A DNA stretch of 62,983 bases, filler included, from Globobulimina sp. (GCA_003354225.1; 55 parts of 55 records of this genome joined end to end with filler, not necessarily neighbours in it); one strand, 5' to 3'; shown: positions 26,462 through 37,766, counted from the first letter of the whole stretch. Translations and numbers: made by a program. The notes: generated from the letters alone by a model not told the origin.

Positions 26462-27395
26462 CATTGTTGTGCCGCCGAGTTTAGTTAAGTAAATAACTAA
26501 GTAAAGTTCTAGTTAGTTAGTTACTTACTAACTTTTAACTAAACTGAAATGGGTGGACGCAACTAAATTCAACTTTTAACTAAACTCAATTTTGCCCCAA
26601 TTTACTAAGTAAAACACGAGTTACCTAGTTACGAGTTTAGTTATAAAAATGGTTGATTTTATCATCAATTTAGTTAAAAGTTGGTAATATTCGTGTTTTC
26701 GCGAAGGTTTTGGCCGTGTTAATATCAAAGACACACCAAATTTAATCAAAATATCTAGTTTTTCGGTCATATTTTGATTATTTTATCTGTTTCGGAAGGT
26801 GTAGGTCTCCGTTTTTGTGTAGAGAATTGACATTGTATGTACGTAAGGTCCATATAAACACATGTTGCACAGACTAAGCATGCTTTTGCGAGGCGTGTGC
26901 GTTACATAGTACAGAATTAGCTTTGTTTCCTTATCATTTTTTGTTATTTATGAGTATTTCTAGGTATTACACACGGATACGCGTATCTTTGAGTGCTTCT
27001 GCTTACAACAGAATTGTTTTCTTGTTTAGTATACAGTACGTGAAAAAGCAATTTCTTTGCCTTCTATAATTTTTCTCCAATAATGCACTTCTTAATTTTT
27101 CTACCAGTCGATATCTCTAAGTAAAAAACATTGTTATATGCATCAGTTGTATTGATACTATATTGAAATAACGAATATTAACGAAATTTCAATATGAAAA
27201 CTTGGTAATCAACTAAGTAATTATTGGTATTGTTAACTAAGTAAGTAACTAAGTAACTCGATATTTACTAAGTAACTAACTAAACTGAAAAATAGCATTC
27301 TGAGTTACTAACTAACTTACTAAATTGAAAATTTGATGTCTATAACTAACTTTTAACTAACTAAACTCAAAAAAATTTTCCGCGGCACAATACTG
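26462..27395. mobile_element. Non-autonomous DNA transposon (hAT-like MITE) with subterminal AACTAA(GTAA) repeats
   Basis: Imperfect TIR cattgttgtgccgc / gcggcacaatactg; dense AACTAA motifs at both ends; no clean TSD. Confidence 0.65.
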
Positions 27396-27891
27396 GTCTA
27401 TAAACAAACAAAGTTTTAAACTCGTCCGGGGTAGGTTCGCGTCNNNNNNNNNNNNNNNNNNNNNNNNNNNNNNNNNNNNNNNNNNNNTTAATTAATTAAN
27501 NNNNNNNNNNNNNNNNNNNNNNNNNNNNNNNNNNNNNNNNNNNGAAATCATCAAAAATTGCGATCATTTATTACGGATAGCATACGGCTTACGATATTAC
27601 CAATTATTATGTGGTAAAAACTCGAACTCGAACTCAGAAGCAATATTTATCGAATATAATTTTGTAGCAATGCATATTTAATGTGTTTGTCAGATTATAT
27701 CCATTTACCAAAAAAAACGCAGTAATTAAGACATTACCGAGCCAAAAAGTGCCACTTTACATCGTCTAGAACCAGAAACGAGAAACGAAAAACACTTTTA
27801 CCACCTCTAGAGTTGGTAAAATAGAAACGAAAAAACACACACGATTGGGGAAAACCTTAGGTTTTTCACTGTATAAAAAAGAAAATAAAAT

Positions 27892-27950
27892 GTGATGATT
27901 GGGATTTGAACCCAAATCTTATTAAGATGCTCTCAATGAGCTATCATCAC
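27892..27950 (-). ncRNA. 59-nt tRNA-like cloverleaf with reduced anticodon arm (copy 1)
   Basis: GTGATGA TA GCTC-ATTGA-GAGC ATCTT-AAT-AAGAT TTGGG-TTCAAAT-CCCAA TCATCAC, then A and a T-tract. Confidence 0.7.
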
Positions 27951-27989
27951 TTTATGTATTATGTGTGATTGCGAATTTGCGAGATAATA

Positions 27990-28365
27990 ACCCACCGCCT
28001 CCCAAACGCCACATTCACCGCCTCCCATACGCCCAAATCCAGCGCCTCCCAAAACGCCACTTCCACCGCCTCCCATACGCCCAAAACACCTCCTCTCAAA
28101 CGCCCAAACCACCGCCTCCCAAAGGCACAAATCCACCGCCTCCCATACACCCAAAATCACCGCCTCTCATACGGCCAAATCCCCGCCATAACCACGCCAA
28201 ATCACCGCCCTCATACGCCCAAATCACCGCATATCAAACACACAAATCCCCGCCTCCATACGCACAAATCCCAAACGCACAAATCCCCGCCATAACCACC
28301 GCCATAACAACCGCCAAAACCACCGCCATTACCACGCCAAATCCACCGCCATAACCACCGCCAAT
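27990..28365. repeat. Degenerate GC-rich tandem array (CCACCGCCTCCCA / ACGCCCAAA units)
   Basis: Many variant 20-25 nt units with strong C/A versus G/T strand skew. Confidence 0.85.
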
Positions 28366-29837
28366 CGCACGTATAAACGATCTTTTGATGATCGAATTTG
28401 GATGGAAGTTGAATCCGAAGACTAAGCATCCATTGTTTTTGATGCTGCGACTAAAAAGTTTTGCTTTGAGCTTAAAGTTTTCGATCGTTTGTGTCTTGTT
28501 GGATGGATGGATTATTATAGCTATAATTGATAGGTGTAATGTTTGTATTTGTATTTTTTCCCATGAAAACAATCAAAATCCGAAAACATANNNNNNNNNN
28601 NNNNNNNNNNNNNNNNNNNNNNNNNNNNNNNNNNTTAATTAATTAANNNNNNNNNNNNNNNNNNNNNNNNNNNNNNNNNNNNNNNNNNNNCAAAAATAAA
28701 ATTCAGATCAATCAAATGAAGAGATCTTCTTTTGTTTCGCAAAACTCGCGAAATTGATTGGAATCTGCATCGAAACAGGAAAAGGATATAATTATTTTGA
28801 GTCACATCTAACAATACAATCATGATAAATGATGCATAATAATGACCATAATTATCAATTGCAATAGCTTTTTATTGTTTAAGATCTAATTGTTAGAAGT
28901 CAAGTATTTACTTCAGTTAATTGTCACTAAATGTCACATTGAACCTACCCTAGACCCTAGACCTCATTTGTAATTGCGCACTTGGAGATGATATCCAAGC
29001 TTTAGAGGTTCAGTGTACAGATAACCTGCATTTATCATGTCAACAGAATGGAATTATTTCCTTTCAAATATTACACTGTACCATTATTATAAACAACTGT
29101 GAATCTATTGTTGCACCATCTAAAAGCTTTCAACGCAACGGTGGTGGAATATGCATATTTGATTATAACCAATTAGACAGCATCTGCAGCATTATCAGTG
29201 GCATTATAGTCAGGAAATGGTGCGACCGAGAGGATAGAAAGTCATGAAACACACTTCTTTTCACTTCGGAATATAAAAAACTTCCATATCAGTCAATGGA
29301 TCGTATTGTTTTAAGAACGCATGGGAAACGGTGTTGTATATGAGTTTTTTGGATGCATACAAGAGTGTACGAATGGAGATTACATAAACAAATCAGTGCA
29401 AATATCTTTGAAACGTTTCTATTTATCAGTCACACATTTTATGAGGAATTGTTAAGCATTTTATGCAGTTATTATGGTATACAACACAAAGAAAATAATT
29501 AAAAACAAATCTGACATTGATTTCTGTGTATTTGGTTGTATATGCACTAATATTTGCTCTTTTAAAAGCACTAAGTGGCGAATTACTATTCACCACAATA
29601 TTGGTGCCATGATAGTTGCGTAGTGTTGAAAGGTGGTTAAAACACCCATTTGACACATGCGTGTTGTAACCAAATTAGAAACACGTAGCAGTGACCAGAC
29701 GTCGTTTTGTATACACTGTTGTCACCATACCTATGATNNNNNNNNNNNNNNNNNNNNNNNNNNNNNNNNNNNNNNNNNNNNTTAATTAATTAANNNNNNN
29801 NNNNNNNNNNNNNNNNNNNNNNNNNNNNNNNNNNNNN

Positions 29838-30884
29838 CAGTAATTCAATCCGGATGGTCAATGGCACCGACAGCGGCAGAATCAGCACCATATGGATTTT
29901 ATTGTGGAATTGGAGTATGTTCCACTTACGTAGATAATAGGTTATATATAGTGGCTCCAAGGAAATATTACGAGTTAGGCGGCGCTGCACAATTGCTGAA
30001 AATGCTTATATATGACATGGATGAATCAGTCTCCGCCTTTGTCGCAGAAGCAAATTACGCCCATGAATTCCCAAACAATTATTACGCCGCGGGTCAAAGT
30101 GGCAGTGGTGAATTTGATGTGGTAGCATTAGCGTATCACGCTGGATGCACAACAAATAACCATAGCCACGTGTTTCATTTTAGTTGGGCAGAACTTTTTG
30201 ACAGTTCAGCAGCAAATAGTTTCCAAACCACCTTAGCCTATAACATTAACAATGACTCGTGGTCCTTATTAGCACCAAATCCAAATAAAAAATTTAATTT
30301 TGGCTGCGCCTCTCATCCATCTGGCAAATATATTTATTTATTTGCAGGCACACAGACACAACTCCAATTTGAAAATCAGGGCACCCCAATATTAGAAACA
30401 GACAAATATTATGTTGAGACTGATACGTGGGAGCGGTTGAATTCCACTGCTGCGAATTATCCCGAATCAGTTGGCAGAGAATGTGTGAGAGCCGTGACTG
30501 ATGCCACTAAAAATCAAATATTAATGTTTGGCGGGCTGGCTTATGATATGATAGAGCGCAGGTATCATGAATCAAGAAAAGTCGAGATATTTGACTTAGA
30601 TCATGAAATATTTGTAATTAATGCCGATATTACGGATGATTTATATTTACCCAAACAAGCATCCCGTGCTTCTATTGTTAAAGTAGACAATTTCGCGCCA
30701 AATGGGCAAAATTCAAACCTCACTGCCGATACAATAGTTATATTTGGCGGCGGTAACGAGAATTCCTATACCAATTATATTCAATTTGTGAGTGTATTGA
30801 CTGACCGCGAATTCTACCGCGATGCTGAGCTGGTTATTGAAGGACAGGATCCTGATAATTTTGAGATATCCAAGTATGCATTCG
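29838..30884 (+). CDS. Kelch-repeat protein (partial)
   Basis: IYLFAG, ILMFGG, IVIFGGG blades with Y.....D.W spacing. Confidence 0.8.
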
Positions 30885-31094
30885 NNNNNNNNNNNNNNNN
30901 NNNNNNNNNNNNNNNNNNNNNNNNNNNNTTAATTAATTAANNNNNNNNNNNNNNNNNNNNNNNNNNNNNNNNNNNNNNNNNNNNTGAACGTGCGCGGTCG
31001 CGATTTGAATCACAGATTGTATCTATATGTAAAAATAATATAATTAATAAAATTAATATAATCATCAATGAGACCAGGGATGAAGGCATAAATC

Positions 31095-32031
31095 ATGTTC
31101 TACAATTCTCACAAGATAAACACCAAATTGCATAAAAATATTTGTTTAATCATCCCGATAATAATGATATTATCAATGTGCATCTGGATTGGTGTAAAGC
31201 TCACTCATACATCCATCGAAAACAAATCCAACTTAATAAAACCATCTATATACAGATGCACAGCAAACAACAAACTCTCTTACCCACAAAATGTATTTGT
31301 GCCAGTACACGATGGCTGTCCTCTATCAGAGGATGAATTACATTCAAATATAGTATATACCTCACAAGAGGCAACCAGCACTGAATGCAATTATATAGAA
31401 CACACATTCAATGATATTAAATGTATTGGCAATGAACAGCAAACACAGGATGTTATAAATAATGGTAAAATGAATGAACATCGCTATTTGGATCGATCAA
31501 ATGCCGGAGATTGTTCTGAAATAACTGGGATGTGGGATACAGCCTCGTTATCTGAACAGAAATGTTATTTTATATTAGGTATAAATCATATGTTGGGCAT
31601 AAAAAATGGAAATAATAATAAGAAACAAAATGGTGTTTTCCTTGATTGGGGCACCGGATGTTCGCACCAAATATTTTGGTTATATCAATATTTTGGTTTT
31701 TTGGGATTTGGATTAGATTTAATTGATGCAAACAAACAGTACGCAATGGAATATTTTGGATATGACAATGTGGAGGGACCAGTTGTTGGATATTGCAGCG
31801 GAGATGCAACGGATTTAAGCTATATTGACGATAATATGTTTGATCATATTATAGCAATCGGTGCTGTTTTACATTTACCAAAAGATGAACAATGTAAATT
31901 AGTGACACAACATTTTATACGGATTGTTAAATATGGCGGTAAAATATGGATTGGATGGAACCGGCATGAAGGAGATATGAGTAGATATAAATGGAATGAA
32001 TGTTTGAATAATTACGAACAAAGTACATTTG
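31095..32031 (+). CDS. Membrane-anchored class I SAM-dependent methyltransferase (partial)
   Basis: N-terminal TM; FLDWGTGCS, GLDL, GDATDLSYIDDNMFDHI, IVKYGGKI. Confidence 0.82.
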
Positions 32032-32211
32032 NNNNNNNNNNNNNNNNNNNNNNNNNNNNNNNNNNNNNNNNNNNNTTAATTAATTAANNNNNNNNNNNNN
32101 NNNNNNNNNNNNNNNNNNNNNNNNNNNNNNNTTTATACAGACACCAGCATAAAGTTATAACAAATGTATAATCCGAAAGGAAAAAACAATTAAAAACTAT
32201 GATTTTATCAT

Positions 32212-32934
32212 TTATTTTAACCACTCACATTCACTGTTTGCTTTATAAAACTTCTGTCCATCTTTGATAATATCAATATTCTCAAAGTTTAGCCATTGTA
32301 AAAACTCATCACTCATCGTATCAATTGTCCACTTAATATCCATCGATTGAACATCTTTAATTTCATGTTTAATTGATCTAAATTGCCAACATAAAGCAGT
32401 CAATAACTTGGCCAAATAATTGGTACCTTTCCCATTATTGCCATCCGCCCATTGTTTGTCATTCTTGGTATGTTCAACGAAATAAATCGGTATTTCACTC
32501 TCCACATATTCTTGGATTAAGTAATAATATTCTTTAAATTTTAAGCGTAAAACAAAATTCATAATCTCAATTTTATAATTATGCCAATTTCTTCTTCTTT
32601 CATATCGCTTATCATATTCTCCAAATTGCCACTTATTATTCGATATTTTGAATGGTTGACCACCACATTGCTTATATTTATGTGCCAATCCATTGTCCAT
32701 TGTCAATCTCGATTGTCCCGCTCTCGCTGCATCACCGGGCGATAAGCACTGCACAAATAATGCATCGCTTTTATGTTTTGCTTTGGCAGATTGGTACACA
32801 CTTTCTGAGCTCGCAAATTCCACAATATTTGCATCTGCATCTTGTTGCTTCCTATCATCCACATTTAACATTTCATAATGCATTAATGTTTGTTTTGTGC
32901 CGTCATTGGTTGGGATAAGCCGTCGCGTATTCAC
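32212..32934 (-). CDS. NADAR (YbiA/DUF1768) family protein
   Basis: FASSESVYQSAK, SPGDAARAG, RRNW...MNFVLRLKF, VEHTKNDKQWADG..GKGTNYLAKLL. Confidence 0.85.
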   Translation of the reverse strand: MNTRRLIPTNDGTKQTLMHYEMLNVDDRKQQDADANIVEFASSESVYQSAKAKHKSDALFVQCLSPGDAARAGQSRLTMDNGLAHKYKQCGGQPFKISNNKWQFGEYDKRYERRRNWHNYKIEIMNFVLRLKFKEYYYLIQEYVESEIPIYFVEHTKNDKQWADGNNGKGTNYLAKLLTALCWQFRSIKHEIKDVQSMDIKWTIDTMSDEFLQWLNFENIDIIKDGQKFYKANSECEWLK

Positions 32935-33008
32935 TTTAAACGGAGAATAAAATAAATTGGAGAATTGACAGCCAAAAACATGTGTTTTACAGATAAACTT
33001 TAAAAACG

Positions 33009-33178
33009 AATGATTTCCGAAGCCACTTGCCCGCCGTGGGCGATTTGCTCGAGTTGGAGTCCGTTCAGTTGCTTGTGGCGCAATACACGCGCCCGTTGGC
33101 TCTGGAGGCGCTACGCGGGGCGCTCGACGCCTTTCGCCGCGAGCCGCCGCCCGACGCGGCGCCCTCGGCCGAGGAGGT
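33009..33178 (+). CDS. selA: Bacterial L-seryl-tRNA(Sec) selenium transferase N-terminal fragment (GC-rich segment)
   Basis: FRSHLPAVGDLL...YTRPLALEALRGALDAFR resembles the SelA N-terminal domain; abrupt GC shift. Confidence 0.6.
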
Positions 33179-33278
33179 NNNNNNNNNNNNNNNNNNNNNN
33201 NNNNNNNNNNNNNNNNNNNNNNTTAATTAATTAANNNNNNNNNNNNNNNNNNNNNNNNNNNNNNNNNNNNNNNNNNNN

Positions 33279-34325
33279 AATGTCATTTTGATGAGTATCC
33301 AAAGTGAACACAGTTGTATTTGCAATTGATTTGTTATTGCAATCGAACGGTGCGGATAAGCCAGGCACTTCTTGCACGGTCCATTTATATTTTGTTACTT
33401 GATCCAGGCCGGGACTACATTCATAAAATATAAATTCGTTAACTTTGCCCAATACAGGGATCAGTGGCTGAGTCTGTAGACATTGGTCAATTGGAAAGGG
33501 ATAATTGTCTCCAAATAACCAATCATTGTCAATAATAAATCTCGAGCTCCATGAAATTGGCGAAGGCGTTACAGATGTCGGCTGAGCTGTGGTTGGGTTT
33601 GGTGTTTGAATGGTTGGTGATGGCGTTTTATTCATTGTGGCCCCATCAACTGTACACGATTCGAGCTCAGAATATAGGAACATTGTAATCGATAAAATGA
33701 CATCCTTATATATCAACGTACAGCTTTCGTTTGAATAACTACCAGCAAAATATGCAGCTGTTGCACATAACGCGCTGTCATTATATCTGTTAAAATTGCC
33801 ATTATATGCATCGGTGCATGAGGTTCTGTGTATATATTAACATGAAATATGTCACAAAAGAGTTGTTTTAAAGTGCAAAGATTGAATATTAACTGTAAGG
33901 AAGCTGTATCCACACAAAAACATCCGGTCACGGTTGGTATTGTGAGGAATATTGATGGCTCGTCACATGGCGGTGTGTTGCTGGTAGTTCGCCATAGATT
34001 GTGGAATATATAGTTATCAGTTCCAGTGCAGTTAAAATTGCCTTTATTGCACGAGGTGGCGATGGAGTCATTGAATGTCGCTGTTATAAGTCCATTGGTA
34101 TTTGCGTTGCAATTATCTGCAGTGGTTTCATTCCATATTTTTCTATATACTTCAGATCCATCATTTGAACATTCATATCTTGTGTATCGATGGAAAGAAG
34201 ATTCAAAGCAGACATCAATTGGGAATGGTAATAGTTTAAATATCTCATTGTCATCATCCATTACGTAACGTGTATTTGGTGGCACTGCATAGGTCTGCTG
34301 TTATTCAATTGTATGAGACGATGTT
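33279..34325 (-). CDS. Secreted/surface protein with a repeated Cys domain and PT linker (fragmentary, probably spliced)
   Basis: PFPIDVC...YECS and PFPIDQC...YECS repeats separated by PSPT..PT. Confidence 0.6.
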
Positions 34326-34425
34326 NNNNNNNNNNNNNNNNNNNNNNNNNNNNNNNNNNNNNNNNNNNNTTAATTAATTAANNNNNNNNNNNNNNNNNNN
34401 NNNNNNNNNNNNNNNNNNNNNNNNN

Positions 34426-34958
34426 TCCCATTTGGTCATCGCCAGATGGCCTGCTAGCAATTACCTTGGACACAGGTGAAAAGATCAAAGTTGCCATTGA
34501 AACCAAGTGGCCCTGTTATGGGTGGAAAACCATCTCCAGCAAAGGCCATTCCATGGAGGCACTATGTCCAAGTATGTTATATTTATTATTTTAAGTAACA
34601 CTAGGAACACATTCATTTTAAGGTTATGCTGGAAATGGCGGCCTTGAATTCAGACAGTGGGCTATATGTCAGTTGGACCCCGATTGGATCCACCATTTAC
34701 AAAATACCACGACAAAAGCTATTTGAAAATCGGCTGGTAGAATACCTGAATAACTTTGCCAGCGCAGCTATTGCCAAATGTCCTTTCCAACAGAGGGACA
34801 ATTGCCAGGAAACCCTGGCTCAATCGCTGACCGATGAAGTGCAAGACATGGCCAAAAAGGTGCAAATGTCGCAGCGTTTGGTCAGTTGCATTGACCAAAC
34901 TGCGATGCAAGCCACTGCACCTATTGTGGTTAAAATCGACAGCCTCAGTCGGACATGA
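34426..34958 (+). pseudogene. YqaJ/lambda-exonuclease-like PD-(D/E)xK nuclease; intron 34572-34622; apparent +1 frameshift near 34520
   Basis: SSPDGLL...IETKWP, then HYVQ|VMLEM...YVSWTP. Confidence 0.68.
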
Positions 34959-35572
34959 AGGAGTCAGTTTGACAGAGTCAATATGTTAATTTTAGGATTT
35001 TCCTTTTAAACTACCCCATCATGATGCATTTCTAACCTTCCATTATTGTACCACATATGTAGTAGTAATGGTACTTGTTCTTTACTTAGTTTTTGCTGTA
35101 CCTCATTAGACTAATGATTTTCTTCACGTTATTTAATTGATTCTGATTTATTGTGATTCTGTCTACCCGTCGCCCTATGGATCGCCACCATGTTGAAGGA
35201 TTACATTTATTAGGTGAAATAAAGTTTTTTTTGAGAAATTGTGTTGTGTGCCATGCCTTAAATACAATAAGATACATATTTGATCGTTTAATTTGACAAA
35301 AAACTACAAAAAGTTCTTCCGCCGAGGTTCGAACCGCGGCTGGACCATAACGGGCACATCGGACGTTGCTCAAAAGTCTTCGATAATTCTATCCAAGGTG
35401 AGGTTCGGCCATTTTCCAGTCATTTCAGGACTGTATCAATGAATTTTGAAATGTAATTGGTCAAAAAATGGCNNNNNNNNNNNNNNNNNNNNNNNNNNNN
35501 NNNNNNNNNNNNNNNNTTAATTAATTAANNNNNNNNNNNNNNNNNNNNNNNNNNNNNNNNNNNNNNNNNNNN

Positions 35573-36619
35573 TGTTATTTTGTCGGTGTTTCTGTCGTTT
35601 TCAATGGATTTTATCCATTGCTTCATCATTTGTTGATCAATTGCTTTGGATCCGCCCTTTCCCGGATTTTGCCTCTTTTGCGCTATTTGGTAGTTGTGGA
35701 GGTTGGGCATCGCGGCTTTTGTTATATTGATTATTATGTTGCATTTCAGTGCGAAATCTCTCAATCCGTGCTTATGTGAATGGACTGCGGTCCATCCAAA
35801 GTTTTGTTTACATGCTTTGTTCCATATCATATAATCGATTATATTGCCTTCGTCGAAAGCTGTTATTGGCTTATCGTGGATTTTGGAATATATCATCCAA
35901 TATTTCTCGATCGAATTGTATTGTTGATTGGTGTTCTTTGCGTGTCTGTATTGCCAATTGATTTGTCTTTGTTTGGCGAATTCTAATTGGGTCAGTTTAC
36001 GCGGCCTAAAGTTGCCGTTTGGTCGAACCTGTTTTTTGTTGATTTTGTTAGTTAGTTTTTAGGTGAAAGTGAAAAAACTTCTTTGTCAATGTTCCAAAGG
36101 CGTTATATTTTTAAATAGTGATTATATCGCAAAAAAAGAAAAACATTCAACAATTACATTTTTGTTTGCCATTTTTATTTGATATCCAACGGTTATATGG
36201 TTGTTGTTGTTTGCAAGTTGTTTGATTCTCGCAATTGCAATTTATTCCTCTCGTTTTTGTTGTTCCCATTCGTTTTCTGGCCTCTTTGTATATTCTGAGA
36301 CCTTCATTGGATGCTATCCTTGCCTCTTCCGAGTGATTTATGAGATTCCATGATTTATCACATGTTTCCAAAGCGTTTCTATATCCTCGCGATAGTCCGT
36401 CAGCCCTTGGATTTGCTAACGTTGATATCCATTTTATCCATATATAAAAACAGTATGCATTGCATAATACGCATATTCTCCTCAATAATTCTTGCAAGTC
36501 TTTTCTATAGAAACATGCAGATTTCTTAGCGACTATGGCACAAACTGCGGCGTTGTCGCATAATAACAATAATGCTTTGCCATTCCATTCCTTTGCGGTT
36601 ATTTTCAACATGACATAGA
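35573..36619 (-). mobile_element. DIRS/Ngaro-type retrotransposon: RNase H end followed by a possible tyrosine-recombinase N-terminus
   Basis: LLCDNAAV...KWIST..NPRADGLSRG; downstream ORF 35573-35896 lies where the YR is expected. Confidence 0.75.
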
Positions 36620-36719
36620 NNNNNNNNNNNNNNNNNNNNNNNNNNNNNNNNNNNNNNNNNNNNTTAATTAATTAANNNNNNNNNNNNNNNNNNNNNNNNN
36701 NNNNNNNNNNNNNNNNNNN

Positions 36720-36913
36720 CCTCATCTATCGATATATTATTTATTTATTATGGTAAATATGGCGGCGACGAAGTCGCCTCATCGATCGATATTATTTATA
36801 TCTATGGATATAACATTTATTTGGTATCTATGGGCGGCGACGAAGTCGCCTCATCGATGGATGGTATTACATTTATTGGTATGTAAGGGCGGCGACGAAG
36901 TCGCCTCATCGAT
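36720..36913 (+). repeat. Three identical 26-nt palindromic repeats (plus a partial one) with AT-rich variable spacers
   Basis: GGCGGCGACGAAGTCGCCTCATCGAT at 36761, 36833 and 36888; spacers 46 and 29 nt. Confidence 0.9.
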
Positions 36914-36933
36914 GGATATTAAATGATTTTTTT

Positions 36934-36992
36934 GTGATGATAGCTCATTGAGCATCTTTAAATAAGATTTGGGTCCAAATCCCAATCATCGC
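36934..36992 (+). ncRNA. 59-nt tRNA-like cloverleaf with reduced anticodon arm (copy 2)
   Basis: GTGATGA TA GCTC-ATT-GAGC ATCTT-TAAAT-AAGAT TTGGG-TCCAAAT-CCCAA TCATCGC, then A and a T-tract. Confidence 0.7.
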
Positions 36993-37649
36993 ATTTTTTT
37001 TAATATTTTTTTTATTCCCATAATTGATTACATTTTTTTGTTTTATATAATGTTTTGTGTTTTTTGTTTCTTTTATGAATATGTACCCCACTAAGTGGGG
37101 TAAAAGGTTCAAAAGGAGTGGAGTAATTCCACTTTTACTGCGTTTTTTTGGGTAAAAATATTACAACAATTCTGTCACATTTTCGCGAGAAACACCAACA
37201 TAAACAACAAAGTTGCCAATCCGAGTTATTGATACAAAAAACCAAATATTAATTCCATAGATTCCACAGGACTTATTGAAGTAACTGCTATTGAACAATC
37301 ACCAAATATATATTGTTGAGATTGCAGCTCATCAATTGAATAAATATCACCTTCATTCAATGCAAACTGCCACCAATATACGATTCTTTTTGCGATTAAT
37401 AACTCTGTGAATATTCGCGATAATCTATACCTTTTAGCAATGAACCAACATTACACAAAATGAACATGTATTAGGGGGGCAACAGAGTTGCATTGCGGGG
37501 CGATAGACTCAGAGGCAAGATAGGCACAGATGCAGGAGACCAGGGTCCAAGAGGCACGGTTACAAGACGAATGGTAGCATTCCTTATATTGACTATTTTT
37601 TTTGTTAGAAAAATTGAAAAAAAATTTTAGAAAAAAAAATTTTGAAAAA

Positions 37650-37766
37650 AAAATTTCTTAGTGAAAAACTTTTTAGTGAAAACTTTGAAAAACTTCTTAG
37701 TGAACAATTTCTTAGTGAAAAAAATTCTTAGTGAAAATTTTCTTACTTAAAAACTTTCTTAGTGAA
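37650..37766 (+). repeat. Minisatellite (TTCTTAGTGAAAA)n
   Basis: About 7 degenerate units running to the contig end. Confidence 0.85.

Noticed and set aside
27892-27950. Functional decoding tRNA gene
   Set aside because: Anticodon loop is 3 or 5 nt, there is no variable loop and no D-loop GG
27933-28429. Pro-rich or Gly-rich proteins in several frames
   Set aside because: Open frames are a by-product of the low-complexity repeat array
28691-29737. Degraded helicase or transposase relic
   Set aside because: Only short ambiguous words; no supportable frame
9204-32934. PARG, NADAR, nuclease and Argonaute as one defence island
   Set aside because: They lie on separate contigs, so there is no evidence of linkage
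36720-36913. Bona fide CRISPR array
   Set aside because: Spacers are uneven, AT-rich and similar to each other; no cas genes; context looks eukaryotic
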